DNA of 64,000 bases from Octopus bimaculoides (lineage: Eukaryota), in contig NC_068988.1 in assembly GCF_001194135.2 (NCBI RefSeq), positions 84,504,744-84,568,743 on the forward strand, given 5' to 3'. The notes under the pieces are model-generated. The model worked only from the letters and a program-made list of their open reading frames with translations. It ran no database searches and was not told the origin of the DNA. Below are positions 1 through 14,354 of this stretch, one piece after another. The stretch's first letter is position 1; each line of letters opens with the position of its first letter. The position numbers and the translations under genes were made by a program.

Positions 1-907
1 AATTGGTGGATTGCTTCTATTATCAGTTGAAGCCTATCTGAGAACTTGAACTTGGCATTGGAATCTAACAAATCACTTATTAATCTATAGCACTTCTGGG
101 TACTTATCTACCATCAAATGGACTAGACTATGCATTCAGTATTGCCTCAGTTAAATATGAACTTTTGAACCTTTGGTTGGTAGTTTGATTCATAACTGAG
201 TCAGTTGTACGAAGCTGTGCATCTCCTCCTGTGTATGGTGATTAACCATTGAAGAATCAAACTAGACTGAGTTTGACATTTACTTTTATAGCAACATTTA
301 TAACTCGGCCCTCTCTACTATCTTTTGCTAAAATGAAAAGGGAATAATTTACTGATTGGATTATGTTAATGGTTTACTTGCTCAAAAGTCTTGAGTTTAA
401 ATCTACTGCACATGTCATGTTTCTTTCAGAGCATTTTTATCTTATATTGCATCAGTTCAACTACCTGTCTGTTTGGAATATCCCCTGTGATTGATTGGTG
501 TGCTTTTCAGGGCTAGATTTAGCTCTCATCAGCTTCAAGCTATGAAGCTGAAGTTAAACCCTAACCTCTTAAAAGTTTGTCAGAATTCAGGAGGCTTTTA
601 TATTTTATCTGGAGAATTTGTTTCTCATGCAGTTAATGCAGTGAAATGAGACACTTAGATTTACATTTACCTATTATAATATTATAAAAAATAATTTCAA
701 TGACTTAGAGGAGGAAAAGCAGCATCTATGATTCTTTACAGGGCCTTTGAAAGTTGTGTGGGGGAGGGACTAATTTACTCTCAGATTAAAGAACAGTATA
801 GAATTTCACTAAAGGCATGTATGGGTCAGGTAGCAGTGTTAAACTGGATAATAGATTAATTTTACTGTACCAAAATAGAGATGATTCCTACAACAGTCTT
901 CCACAGG

Positions 908-1041
908 GTTTCCGTCTTCCAAATTTCACTGAAAAGGTTTTAGTCCAATTAAGCTATGGTAGAAGACACTTGTCCGAAGTACACTGTAGGATCGAACATG
1001 AAACCAAGTTGTTGTGAAGCAAATTTCTTAACTGCACAGCC
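908..1041 (-). mobile_element. Decayed 5' half of tRNA-derived (CORE-like) SINE
   Basis: Contains GTTTCCGTCTTCCAAATTTCACT and AGAAGACACTTGTCC, which align with the better preserved copy at 37521-37933. Confidence 0.6.
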
Positions 1042-1531
1042 AGATCTTCTTGGAACCGTCTTATTAGTCATGTTTTCCTTTGTGACCACTTCTTTAACCA
1101 CATCCACTTTACCCAATTTTGTTCCTGTCCTGCTGCCCCAGTCTAGGAAGATTGGAACCAAATTATAAATACTATGACATTGCCCTTTTTTTCAGATAAT
1201 CAAATAAAGACATGATTTATAAAATAGATTTTAACTTACGCTTATACAGTTATTGTTATAAATTACTTTCTAAAGTTTTCTTTCAGTTGGCTTTACTCTT
1301 CATGTGCCTTTACTTTGGTCTTTCCTACTGCCACTTGGAAAACTTATAGTTGTTGTTGTTAATGATAAGTTGCTGTTGTTTATGTTTGCTTTATAAGCTT
1401 TATTCCTTCTACTTCAATTATTATTATTATTTTTTTGTTGTTATTTTTTGTCAATCTCATCTCATTTAATCTAGTTTTAATATCTGAAGTAATTCCTAAT
1501 CTATGTTCTTTTGATTGTTCCTTACTTTCAG

Positions 1532-1588
1532 TACACACTAGAAAGAGAACTGTTATCCAGTTGGTTTAAAACTGATAGTTCTCCCTCA
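1532..1588 (+). CDS. Candidate internal coding exon of an unidentified host gene (YTLERELLSSWFKTDSSPS, phase 0-0)
   Basis: Long pyrimidine tract TGTTCTTTTGATTGTTCCTTACTTTCAG| and consensus donor TCA|GTAAGT; 57 nt, open only in phase 0; unique non-repeat sequence. No protein family recognised. Confidence 0.55.
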
Positions 1589-4326
1589 GTAAGTTAGCTG
1601 ACTTCTTCAGTATTTTTGTAACCATATATCAGATTAAATACCCTGTCCATATTATTTTCAGTTAATTTTGAAAATAATCAAGAATTTGGGCAGATTTAGC
1701 AAAACAATGTTTTCAGTATTTGGTATATTAAGCTGGTGTTTGGAATTTGGATCTGCTCAGTATCCAGGTCTTCTGCAACAAACTCCTTTTTAGAAATTTC
1801 TTTAATAAAAAAGCCTGAAAAACTAGTGAGAGTTTTTATACAGTCACTGGACCTATTCAGTGTGAGTAAACCTATCAACATTTTTAAAGCCAAGCCTATA
1901 AGGAAATTTTTACCTCTTGCAAGAAATAGCAGCCAAATCATATCCTACTGTCTTAAAAAGAAAGGACACATTGGATTATGGAATCTTAGATACAGTATGG
2001 CTGAAAAATGTTGAGTTAGCTACAGCTGCAATGCCATTGATAATACGTCGACTGGGTCAGTGTTGACCTGGAGTTAAACATTTTTTGATAGGATAGTCAC
2101 ATCTAGTCTTGATCAAACAAAATTCTGATATTTATGTAATGTTTATAGACAATACTGCTTCTGTATTGCGTTGCTTCTATTTAACTCTGAAAATCTAACA
2201 TTACTACTCAATTCCATCCTTGTCTATCTGATCATATTTATTTGTTATTCTTTTATATTTGATATTTGTGTCATAAATTGGATTGTTAATACATTTGACA
2301 CTATAAAATTGTCTCTGAAAGTCAACATGATACCTGGCAATCAACCAATAGTTCTGTATCTTGTCACTGTCACTGTGTAAGATACTTAACTCTTAATTGG
2401 TCCCAGACCACATTGCTGTTAATAGCTACTGTGAAGTAGAAACAATACACTGTTATGAGCAGCAGCAACAGACCTATAATTGGTGATTTGTTACCCTGTG
2501 TAGTTTAGTTTCTCCTTGTAAGTATTACCTTGGAGAGAAATGACTTCTGTCAAAGAATGTATTTGATTTATAAATGATAAAATTTCCTGTGGAGCCCTTG
2601 AAATTGTTTGGATTAAAGGGGTTGCAGCTACCAGTCTTCTTTAAAGTCATAGAAAATTAATGTCTGTGTGTATTATCATTTTACATCTACTGAGTTGACA
2701 GGATCTGACAGGCTGGAGGACCAAGTCTTGTTTACAACGCCTCAGTTTTGGCTTGGTTTCTCTGTCTAGATGCCCTTGAAACCAGACCTTTTACATGTAC
2801 ATTTGTGTGAGTGTGTGTGCTCATGCGTGTGCATGTGTGTACCACACACACTCACTCACATACTCTCTGACACTCTTGACTGTCACTCACACATGAATAT
2901 GATCTAATAGTTTGTATCATGTTTTCACTAATTGTTTTAGGTGATTATGTAGTTGTGAATTGACATAGACATCTCCTGACTTTCCCAGCTTCAACTCAGC
3001 ATTACATTAAAGTAGCTGGAGGTAGAAAGAACTGCACCTGATACTCATTTTCACCAGCATTGACTAGAGCTATGTGAAATGATGTACCTTACTTAAGGAC
3101 ACAGTGTGCCATCCTTTTGAGGAATTTAGTCTTTGATCTGATGACTGTGAGCCATGTATCTTCATAGTGGATGCACACACACTACACACATCCCCTTGAA
3201 ATACAGACACTTGCCATGCATAAACATGTGTACTAAATTGACATGCACACCCACTACATGAATGCATGTTTAACCCCCCCCCCCCCATACATTAACTATT
3301 TCATATATCCACAAACTGCATGAGCTGTACTTACAAGAGAACCTTGTCCTATTCTGTTAGTGCTTGAATTTTACAAAAGTGAAAACTTTAATCTCTCTCA
3401 CACACACAATGTTCTTATGTCTATCTTTCATGCTATCCTGTGTTAGATGACTGTATTATTTAATCATTATTTTGCAACTGAACACCCTTCCTTCCAGTTG
3501 CTAACTTTTACCTGCTTCTCAAGTTGGAGATCTCTTACTTTACATGTCCTTAAAGGTGTAAAGCCAGTGGATGATTTGTTGACAGGAGAAATGACAACAA
3601 TGATACCGTAACTCATGGGGTTTTTGGAAGTAACATCAATGTAAAGACACTCCTTCTTTAGTGCTGTCTCTTGTGGTTGAGAATTTTAATTTACTGCTGA
3701 TTTAGTGGTTTCCTCATGCCGATGTCTGGGGCTATAGTAATAGACACCTGTCCAAGATGCTGCACAGTGAGTCTGAAATCCAAATCACATTGTTGGAAAA
3801 GCAGCTTTTTTTAAACTTCAGCAATACCTATATCTTTTTATGTATATATTATATCTTCATCATTGATTTTACATTTATTTTTTCTATGCCAACATGCATT
3901 AAACATACCTTGTTGGAGCAGTTTTTTACAGCTAGATGCACCATCATTTAAGCAATCCGTATTTCCAAATGAAGCATTTATTCTCCGGTCTTTCACACCT
4001 TGAATCATGCAGTTGCCAGACTTGTCTTTGCAGCAGGTGTAAATTATTGACATTACTAAATAGTGACATTGTTTCATGCTTTAAACATGTAAGTAATATC
4101 AAGACACAGATGGAAAAACACAGACAACACAATATCAAGACAGAGATGGAAAGAGACAGACATATATGATACAGTCTTCTGTATTGTTTTTGGTTACTGA
4201 TTTTATGCACAGGCATTAGTCAGGTCGAAGCTACATTAGAAGACATTTGCCCATTATGCTGTGGGAATAAATCTGAAGCCATTTGATTGTGAAGTGAACG
4301 TAACAATACACCTATGCCTTATATAT

Positions 4327-4362
<36 letters not shown>

Positions 4363-5609
4363 AATCCCATAAAAGTCTCCAAGAGACATTTTAAGAGCCA
4401 CAAACTGCAGCTCTTGGTGGTCCAAAGCAGATATGCAATTTATGTGGGTGTCTTTTCAAAACGTCTGGTTAACCAGTAATATGCAATCACACACACACAG
4501 TGGAACTGACTTACTGTGATCATTTTGGGATGAATCTTTTTTAATTAACAATAACCTGCTGCTATATCAAGCAGAGGATGTAGCAATATCCCTAGCGTGT
4601 ATGAGACCCACTAATTTTAATAACATTATCTCTGATTACATTACTGGCTTCTGCAGTGTGTAAAGATGTATGCACATGCATGCACGTACACACACGCACA
4701 CACACGTGTGTTCAGGAAAAAAGTTTTCTTATTGGCACAGTGTATGAGTCAAGGCTGACCTTTTGATTCACACACACAGTTTGAGAATCAAAAGGCTGAC
4801 CATTTCACGCACACTACATGTATAAATATACATTTTTCCACATCACTTTATTATTTATTTGTTTATGTCTATTTGCTGAGGCACATAGCTTAGTGATTAG
4901 GATAAGGTTGTGGGTTCAATTTCTGGATTGAGTAGTGCATTGTGTCCACCAGCAAGCTACACCATTCCATATTTCTTCTGTGTACTCAGTTGAAGAGTAC
5001 CAGCCAACTTCTGGTGTTAACCTGTCTCCTCTCAGCTGTCACATCCTTAATGTTCCCCTTGATCTAAGGGTGGAGGGCCAAGAGGGTGGCTATGTCTGCT
5101 TGCCATTACATAGGTACCTAAACAGTTAGGCACAAAGCATGCTACATCACACTGACTTGCAAATAATTTCTAAGTTTTAAGTTTGTATCTGTTTGTTGAC
5201 TTCCTGTTATATTTGTTGTTTGTTGTTATGTCCCCCATTCATCACCCAAGTGACAAAGAAATTATCATTGTTGTTTTCAACAGCACTTATGAAATTATAA
5301 TCAAAATCATAAAATATAGTTAATGATGATTAACTGTATTTTATGATTTTGATTCCAAGTTGGCAGTTATGAGATTTTGTTCCAGCATGGCCACATCTGA
5401 ATAGTTGATAACAGCAAAAGAGTACACAGTGAATTAACATGTTCAAAGAATTAAGAAATTTGTTTGATTTTTTTTTTTTTGTAACCTAAGTAATAGCATA
5501 AAATCACTTCACTTGGACTGTTTCACTAATTTAAAAAAAAAAGTAAAATTATATAATCTCTGCTCATCTCTTGTCCTAAATTATTGAGTAGATGTCCAGT
5601 TGCAAAATT

Positions 5610-5651
<42 letters not shown>

Positions 5652-6841
5652 TGCGTGCACATACACACACTTGTGTGTGCACATGTGCATGCACACACAT
5701 ACACACACACTCTCTCTCTCTCTCTCAAATATAATACCCATAAAATTATTATTTAGAACTCAGGATTGATTTAGGGTCTAAAACTAATAGAAGCTCCTAT
5801 CATTTGTCAGGCTAATTTTTTTTCTAGTGGAGGTAGCTAACCCTAACAACATTGGAAGCATACTGAAGTTGTATAAAGAAAATAAGCTATAAATAGTAAT
5901 TTTATTTTCCAAAACATCATTCATGAAACATTAGCCACTTTTAATTCCCAAACATCTTAACCACCCACACTTAGTGAAATCCCTTATGTTCACATCAAAT
6001 ACTCAACTAATTATACTTATCTTCTCTTCAATTTTACTGTTCTATTTTCCTGTCTTGATTTTTTTTCTCCTCTTATAATATACGAAGTCAAATACTTCTA
6101 ATATATATATGCGTCATAGCATTTAGATAGAAAATTCTTTGTTTTAACTTTTCCCATCTACTTCCACACTTCTGAGCAAAGGAATCAGTGTTATCATTAG
6201 TTTATACTAGTATATCTTCTACCAATGTCCTACCAGTTTTGACTCCATTGTGGAATGCCTTGCATTTTATTAGTTTTTATTTTTTTAATTTTTGCTGCTG
6301 CTACTGTTGTAGTTGTCTTGTGTTTCTACAGCTTTTAACGCTAACCTACTATCAGCTCATTAAATGAATGCTACACATGCATGTGATCTGTATAAATATT
6401 TGTGTATGTATGTGTGTGTATGTACACACATACATGTGTGTATGTATCAATGTTTATTTTCATGTCAAGTTATATATAAAAACAGTTTAACATTAAACTG
6501 AAGAATTTCTCATATCTTTTTAGTGGAGTACAAATTTATTCATTTTTTATAAGGAAAAGTTGATAGTAACTTCAAAGTTTTGGCTTTCTTGCTATCAGAT
6601 TGTGATTTACTTTGATTCTTTGGAATCTAATTTGATTCTTTGTGATTTACTTTGATTCCTTTTGACTTTACATAATCTTTGCAAACTTAAACTTAAGTTG
6701 GTTGTGCAACACCCATTAAATTGTGGGAGCATTACTTGAATATTTTGTCTGCATATAAGGCATCTGAGGCAAGCCATGCTTATTAACTCTACAGTGTTCC
6801 CACTTCCTGCAAGAGTCAACTTTATTGTCCCTTACATAATA

Positions 6842-7048
6842 TATTCTTTTCTACTCTAGGCACAAGGCGTGAAATTTGGGGGAAGGGGACCAGTCGATTA
6901 GATCGACCCCCAGTACGCAACTGGTACTTAATTTATCGACCCTTAAAGGTTGAAAGGCAAAGTTGACCTTGGCGGAATTTGAACTCAGAATATAAAGACA
7001 GACAAAATACCGCTAAGCATTTTGCCTGGCATGCTAACATTTCTGCCA
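6842..7048 (-). mobile_element. tRNA-derived SINE with Meta-domain-like core
   Basis: Minus strand reads TGGCAGAAATGTTAGC (A-box-like), GAGTTCAAATTCC (B-box), then AAGGTCAACTTTGCCTTTCAACCTTTAAGGGTCGATAAATTAAGTACCAG, resembling the MetaSINE/Sauria core. Related copies at 18341, 33301, 59300. Confidence 0.75.
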
Positions 7049-7849
7049 TATTGTCATGCTGAATATAACTATTTGACAAAGTTCATCATTCTCTATACTT
7101 GTTGTATGACTGTATTCTAGCCATGAATTTCTCACCTTTTGTTCAGACATAGTGTATCTGGAACTACATTATCTAATGTGCTCTTTCTGAAGGCAGTAGA
7201 CTATGATTTGAAGAATAGTTGACTAGCTGCTCAGCTAACTGTATGAGCTCCTTCTTTGACTTACATAGCCAAGTGGATGTAGTATGAAACCACTGACTCT
7301 TAAGTTTTCAGTTCACATACACTATAAGTATTCCATATTATGTGAAGCAATGAAGTAATTTCATATGTTTCACTTGGGAATAGTTGCCAGATAGTTTCAA
7401 GAATGTTACCTGTGTTACATTAACATTCTCTCTAGTAGATCCACCTCCTAATTACTTAGTGTAAAGAAAATAGTGCTGAGCTCTCAGTTCTTATGACACC
7501 TTCAATCTTAGAATTATTTAGATTATGTATATTTAGTCCATGTGTTAACACATTCATATCTATTTAGTATTTTGTTTTGGTGAGACTTGTAACCCATTAG
7601 ATTATGTCATTATTGAAGATAACCTCTCTACAGGAGTGTACAAGACAGTCAGCTTAATGTTTTCAGCATATAGTTGTTGGAGTACCTGAACTTAACTCTG
7701 CTACCTTATGTTGTAGTATTATTAGAGTTAGACTTGTAGGAGGATCTTTGTGGTTATCTACATTGTCTACAACTTTGTTCCAATTGTTTTCAAAGTTGGT
7801 ATATGGATTAAGTTTTGTATACTTGAAAATGTATATTTGAAAATGAAAT

Positions 7850-8600
7850 TAATTTTTCTTATAAATTCATAATTAAAAAGTTATCAACCATTAAAATTTA
7901 CAAAATTTGGGTATTTTAGCCAATCTAAAGTGAGTATTTAACACATCACCGTGAAGTTCAATTAGCATATTAAGCAAAGAAGCACCATGTGTTCCATAGC
8001 TGATTGTGAAGAACTCTGTTTCCATAGTAACCAAAGATACTGCGCATGTGCACAAGGAGCGCAACCACCAAATTGAGTGTAATCAACAAATTGAGAGTAC
8101 CTGGGCATCTTTAAAGTGTGGAAACAAATGACGGTGTGGGACACCATTCCATGGTTGACTCTTATCTTTGTGAATTTATGTGGAGAAGGAGATATGAGAA
8201 AGATAATTTATTTTATAAAATCCTATAGTGTATTGCAAACTTAAGTTTAACTAATAAATGTCTGTTTTAAGTAATGTTTTGACTGTTATTTCTAGCAACG
8301 CTTGTTGGTTTGCTCGTAGGTTTTAAATATTTAATTTGCTCGTGAATCTTTTAATGTTTTTCATTGTTTACTGTAGCTAGTTTAATGTTTTGACATGCTG
8401 GTACCTCCCCCATCACTCTTTCTTGCTAGTGTGACAGATGATGGAAGGGGCAACACATGCGCAGTATTCTGATTGGCTGAAAATTATCAAACTTTGAACA
8501 CCTGCAATATTTTGGCAAAATTTTTCTGTAATAAATGAACAAATTCAGATTCAGCATCAAAAATTACTTCTATATGATAGATTAAAAAGATTTTTTTTTA
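7850..8600. mobile_element. Probable MITE / non-autonomous DNA transposon relic
   Basis: Imperfect ~30-bp inverted repeats at 7901-7929 (CAAAATTTGGGTATTTTAGCCAATCTAAA) and 8467-8496 (TTCTGATTGGCTGAAAATTATCAAACTTTG); no ORF; outer limits approximate. Confidence 0.4.
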
Positions 8601-8866
8601 AAGATTTCAACATGCACTGATGATAACAAGTATTTATGTCTAGGGTTCAAAATCTTGCTGGGTCAATTTTGCATTTTATACTTCTTGGGTCACCAGGCAA
8701 AGAACTAGAATTGATGTAATTGATTATACTCCTTTTTTTTCTTCTCTTACCAAATTTATGTCTTTCTGTCTATGCTAGAAATTATCACTAATATGTAAGA
8801 TATCAATATTTTAATGCAAAATATCACTCTCGTCATCATCATTATTATTTTTATTATTAACATCAT

Positions 8867-9771
8867 TGTGAAAGTGTAGCTACTAGAATAAGAATAGCCT
8901 GGGCCAAGTTTAGAGAGCTCTTACCTCTGCTGGCGACAAAGGGACTCTCACTCAGAGTAAAAGGCAGACTGTATGACGCATGTGTACGAACAGCCATGCT
9001 ACATGGCAGTGAAACATGGGCTGTGACTGCTGAGGACATGCGTAAGCTCGCAAGGAATGAAGCCAGTATGCTCCGCTGGATGTGTAATGTAAATGTGAAT
9101 ACCCGTCAGAGTGTAAGTATCTTGAGAGAAAAGCTGAACATTAGAAGCATCAGTTGTGGTGTGCAAGAGAGACGATTGCGCTGGTTTGGACATGNNNNNN
9201 NNNNNNNNNNNNNNNNNNNNNNNNNNNNNNNNNNNNNNNNNNNNNNNNNNNNNNNNNNNNNNNNNNNNNNNNNNNNNNNNNNNNNNNNNNNNNNNNNNNN
9301 NNNNNNNNNNNNNNNNNNNNNNNNNNNNNNNNNNNNNNNNNNNNNNNNNNNNNNNNNNNNNNNNNNNNNNNNNNNNNNNNNNNNNNNNNNNNNNNNNNNN
9401 NNNNNNNNNNNNNNNNNNNNNNNNNNNNNNNNNNNNNNNNNNNNNNNNNNNNNNNNNNNNNNNNNNNNNNNNNNNNNNNNNNNNNNNNNNNNNNNNNNNN
9501 NNNNNNNNNNNNNNNNNNNNNNNNNNNNNGTGCGGGTGGCACATAAAAGACACCATTTCGAGCGTGGCTGTTTTCGTGCGGGTGACACGTAAAAGCACCC
9601 ACTACACTCTCTGAGTGGTTGGCGTTAGGAAGGGCATCCAGCTGTAGAAACTCTGCCAAATTAGATTGGAGCCTGGTGTTGCCATCCGGTTTCACCAGTC
9701 CTCAGTCAAATCGTCCAACCCATGCTAGCATGGAAAGCGGACGTTAAACGATGATGATGATGATGATGATG
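8867..9771 (+). mobile_element. 5'-truncated RTE-clade LINE (ORF2 C-terminus, 3' UTR, (ATG)7 tail); gap inside
   Basis: Stop-free frame ESVATRIRIAWAKFRELLPLL...LHGSETW...RRLRWFGH is typical RTE ORF2; ends ACGTTAAACG(ATG)7; N-gap 9195-9529. Confidence 0.9.
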
Positions 9772-12510
9772 TGCCACCCAAAACTGCACTTTTGGATTCA
9801 TTTTTAATTATTGCTATGCAAGCCTTCATTTAGCTATAGTTGGGATCATGCAAAACAAAACATTATTTTTTTTTACATTAGGAAGTCATTGTGTATGAGA
9901 ATAGTAGACTGTCTCATCTAAACCACCCATTGAATCTCTTCAATTTCACAGCACTGTCTGCCTCTTATAGTGGAGGATTACACTCTTTTGTGGTACCTGC
10001 TTGTATCTATGCTGTGACTGAACCTTAGAGAATTTAATGTTTAGTGTCTTTGATCACAAATGCATAGAGCATGTCATCATGTTGCCAGCTGGATATGAAT
10101 CAGTAAGGTACTTTGGTGACTCAACTCAACTTGGCACCTGATCACGAAATGTAAGTAAATGTTAAGGAACATGAACAATCCTATGTAAAGAATACTTAAC
10201 TAACTGTTGAAAGAAGTCAGGAAGGAAAGAGTATGGGATTGGTTGGAATTAAAATGAAGTTTCTGTATAGGCTTTTTATGGTGTATTAGCTGGGGACAGC
10301 TAACCCTCACTATAAGAGTTAGTAGTACTGAAAGAGAGTAGTGTTATGAATAGTAGACAACCAGGTGAGAGAGTAGATGGCCAGAGTTCATAAATTAGTT
10401 TTACTATGCAAAAACAATTTTTAACTATGTACTTTTTAAGGTTTATTGTCTAGGGTAAGTGAAGGTGTGCAGTCTATTCAATAGGATGTTAGACTCACAC
10501 TCAAAAGGTTGTGAGTTTGACTTCTAGATTAGATTAAGCAGAGTGTCCTTGGGCAAAGCATTCATTTCATGCTGTGCCAGTTCATTTAGCTAACAATGAG
10601 TTGCATCTACTCCAGATAGGTATCTTGTAGACTGTTATACCCAAATTTTCCTACTCACTGGTTCTTGATGGCTATGGCATCCTGGATGGTGATCTAGTCT
10701 TCTATAGTACTCATCTCTTTATTATTTCAGTAAAAACAGAAGAGAAATGTAGACCTGTTTTGATCTTATGACTCCCACATAGACGTCATCAAAGTAGTGA
10801 TGGGAGCATTACTATGTTGTTCACTGGTTAGTGTCAAGAAACATAATTGCTTGGAAAATAAACAGCTCAAAGATACCATCCACATGAGAAACAAAAGTTA
10901 AGTCAGTGTTGATATATTTAATGCATCAGGCATTAAATAACTTAGTTTATGAGCTGCAGCATTACTTTGAGAGGTCATATCTTTTGCAAAAGTTTTGATG
11001 AATTTATAGGAAAATTTTATTCTATATGCTTCATTTCACTTAATTGTCAGAAATAAATACCATATCAAATGGGAATATCACCTACAATAGACATACTAGC
11101 ATCCTATCCATGATAACATGGGGGATTATCCCTGACTTCCTTTAGCCCTTGAACATGAAGCTAAACACCAATCCTTCAGGACACAGGGCTCATTTCTTCT
11201 GTATTTTTGTATCTTCTACTATTTGCATTAATCAGAGGTTTGTGAGTGGTTAATAACACTGCATTTTATTGACTTCTTGTGCAATAACTCTAATGTTATT
11301 CCAAGCAGTAACTCTGGCATAGAAAAACTGCTTACTATAGTCTGGCATATTGTTGTGGTCCTGTCAATAAAAATTCAGTGTTGTAATTTGAAGTAACAAA
11401 ATAGCTTCAGCTTGAATTAGCTCAAGATTTGAAGCTCCTATAGTCATGGATATTTGAATAAGTTAGGTAGGGTGACTTGCATCCCATTTGGGGAACTGTT
11501 CTATTGGAATCACCTTTGGTATCTTATCCAGGAGTAAGTTTATTGCTCATTCATTTTATGCTACAAAACCTGGAGCTGAATACTGGCTCTATTGATTTTT
11601 ATGTTCTTCCAGGAAATGGTTCTCTACATAACAGAATGGAGAGGATGGATGTTTAAAATTTTAATTTTTAAAGATATTTCATTTTCTTGTGCCAGTTGGA
11701 ATTTCATAGTTATAAAAATATGCTTTTAAAAATTGAATTGTTGGGGATGAAAAAAAATTTGAAAATAGGTGGGGTAAAAACAAGCTTGAAAATATGAATA
11801 AGATTTAACTTGTCACAATATATTTTAATATTAATAGTGCTGGAAAGAGTTTTGAATGATTGGCTTAATCTATTACCTAATTTAATGCAACTATCTGGTC
11901 TGTAGGGAACTTTAGTTGTAAGCTTTTGAGTTAGGTCTCTGATTTGAGAATAAATTTCCCACTTCTTCTTGCTATTCATGAATGCCCTAGAAATGCCAAA
12001 ACGGTCATAGATGCTACTTTACTCTCTGACTAAACTGTTAACTGCTTCCCACATCAAATTTTTTACCTCGTCTTTTCTAAGACTCTTCGTTTAATAAAGT
12101 TTAATCTTTATCAAGATCCAAATTTTTTCCATTCTTTACTTTTTGATATCTAGTTAGGCAGAAATTGAACTCTCAACCCATTCACATTTTGAAAATGTAC
12201 TTTTTAATTACAAGACTGTTAATTCAAAAGTTCTATTATTAGTATTTTGATTTATATTGAAATCCATCATTATCATCATAACATCTACTTTTCCATGTTT
12301 GCATGTGTCAGATAGAATTCATGGAAGCAAATTTTCCTTCCTGTCAGCAACATTTAAGTGTTTCCAAGCAAGGTAACATTTCCCTGACACTGGATACATT
12401 TTCATGCAAAATTGAACATCACTTGCATGACAGTGATACATGTTTGTAATTAACCTGCAATGTCAAAACAAAAGCTCATATGTATGTGTGTGTGTGTATG
12501 GGGGGGGGGG

Positions 12511-13124
12511 CAATGTGAAAGCTAGGGATAGATGAGTGGTTGTGAGAACTATAAAACCATGTATAGGGATGCTGTCATTAAGGTGAAAGTCGCCAATGAG
12601 TATTACAAGGAATTTAATGTACAAGTAGGAGTCCACTAGGATTGGTTCTCAATCCCCTCTTGTTTATCATAGTCCTCCAGGCTATAACAGAGAAATTTAA
12701 GACTGACTGCCCTTGGGAGCTCCTCTACACCAATGGCCTTGTTCTTATTGCTGAATTACTACCAAAACTAGAGAAGAAATTTCAGGTGTGGTAGCAAGGT
12801 CTGGAATCAAGGGGCCTTAGAGTTAATTTAGCAAAGACCAAAGTCTTAATAGATAGGAAAACAGACAAATCACAGATTCCTTCAAGGAGATGGCCCTGCT
12901 CAATATGTAGGCAGTGTGTTGGTAGAAATTCCATACAGTGTACTTAGTGCAAGCTGTGAACATATAAGAAGTGCATCAGTATTACTGGAAAATTAACAGA
13001 GAAAGTAGTCTTTACATGTGACAGATGTGCAGATACATTAAACATTAGGAATGTACTGAAAATAGACTTCCTCAGATGTCCAGTGGGATCCTTAGAAATA
13101 GTAGACAGTTTCCACTACTTAGGT
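12511..13124 (+). mobile_element. Decayed RTE LINE reverse-transcriptase fragment
   Basis: Frameshifted VGVH...PLLFIIVLQAI...CPWELLY...RVNLAKTKV...VDSFHYLG; homologous to 26400-26864 on the minus strand. Confidence 0.85.
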
Positions 13125-13143
13125 ACCTCCACCACTGAGTTAG

Positions 13144-13229
13144 CACATGCGACATATTATGTCATATCAGTAATTAAAAAAGGACATATAGTGACAGAAA
13201 ATGGGATATGACATAATATGTCGCATGTG
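13144..13229. repeat. Perfect 25-bp inverted repeat with 36-nt spacer
   Basis: 13144-13168 CACATGCGACATATTATGTCATATC is the exact reverse complement of 13205-13229. Confidence 0.95.
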
Positions 13230-13366
13230 TTTGTATACTGTTATTATTGTCCTTTTAGTAAACAAATAAACAAGTAAATTGACACAATACAATGTCTGCA
13301 AGTTGATGAATACCACCTATTCCCCTCCATTTTTTTATTGCTATATATATATATATATATATAAAG

Positions 13367-13574
13367 TGTGTGTTCTACTGTGAACTGGTGGAAGGCAAGC
13401 ACATGCAAGGTAGACAAGTTCAAAGCCTCATTGAAGAGCTTGAGATCAATCCTGACTACTGGAAAACACAAGCGCAAGACCACCCTGACTGGCAAAGCTG
13501 CGCCAGCAGAGGTGCCAGCTCCAACCAGCGGAATAGGATTATAGGGACACAAAGAAAATGTGAATTTTGCAAGT
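13367..13574 (+). mobile_element. BovB-like RTE ORF2 C-terminal fragment (distinct from the main RTE family)
   Basis: Reads VFYCELVEGKHMQGR...LEINPDYWKTQAQDHPDWQSCASRGASSNQRNRIIGTQRK, resembling the FYGEL..GKR..G...W...AQDR..W end of BovB/RTE ORF2. Confidence 0.65.
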
Positions 13575-13701
13575 GCGTGTGTGTGTGTACATATATATAT
13601 ATGTGTACATATATATATGTGTGTACATATATATATGTGTGTACATATATATATGTGTGTATATATATATATGTGTACATATATATATATGTGTGTGTGT
13701 G

Positions 13702-13734
<33 letters not shown>

Positions 13735-13816
13735 ATATATATGTGTGTGTATATATATGTGTGTGTGTATATATATATGTGTGTGTGTGTGTGGGTATAT
13801 GTGTATATATATATAT
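13575..13816. repeat. Compound (TA)n/(TG)n microsatellite running into an assembly gap
   Basis: Seen directly; source of the spurious VCVYI/THTHI ORFs. Confidence 0.95.
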
Positions 13817-14354
13817 NNNNNNNNNNNNNNNNNNNNNNNNNNNNNNNNNNNNNNNNNNNNNNNNNNNNNNNNNNNNNNNNNNNNNNNNNNNNNNNNNNNN
13901 NNNNNNNNNNTTTCTGTCGATATATTTTTCAAATGTAAGAAAATATGTAAGTTATTTTCACTTCATAATAGAAAAATGTTGAGAAAAGCATCACAAAATG
14001 TCTCTGAAAATTTATGTGAGTTGCTGAGAGAATATCAGTTATTGATGAATAGGGCATAACACTGAATGTTTATCAGTAGCGGAAACGTGGGCAGTCGAAT
14101 TTAGGAGTGGAATGGAGAATCTTGAAGATAACCCAAGATATTGTTGTCATGCAACTGTTTCCACCATGAAAAACATTGGTTGTAATCATCGCTTGGTGCT
14201 GGATGATATTCTAATGACTATAAATTAAATCCCCAGTGCTATTAGCATAACTTGTAAAAGATTTGAGAGTATTCATGGTGTTAATGTAGATTGCTGTTTG
14301 GTGGATGTCATGTCTTCAGACACCTAATCAAAAGTGCACCAGGTTTAGTAAATC

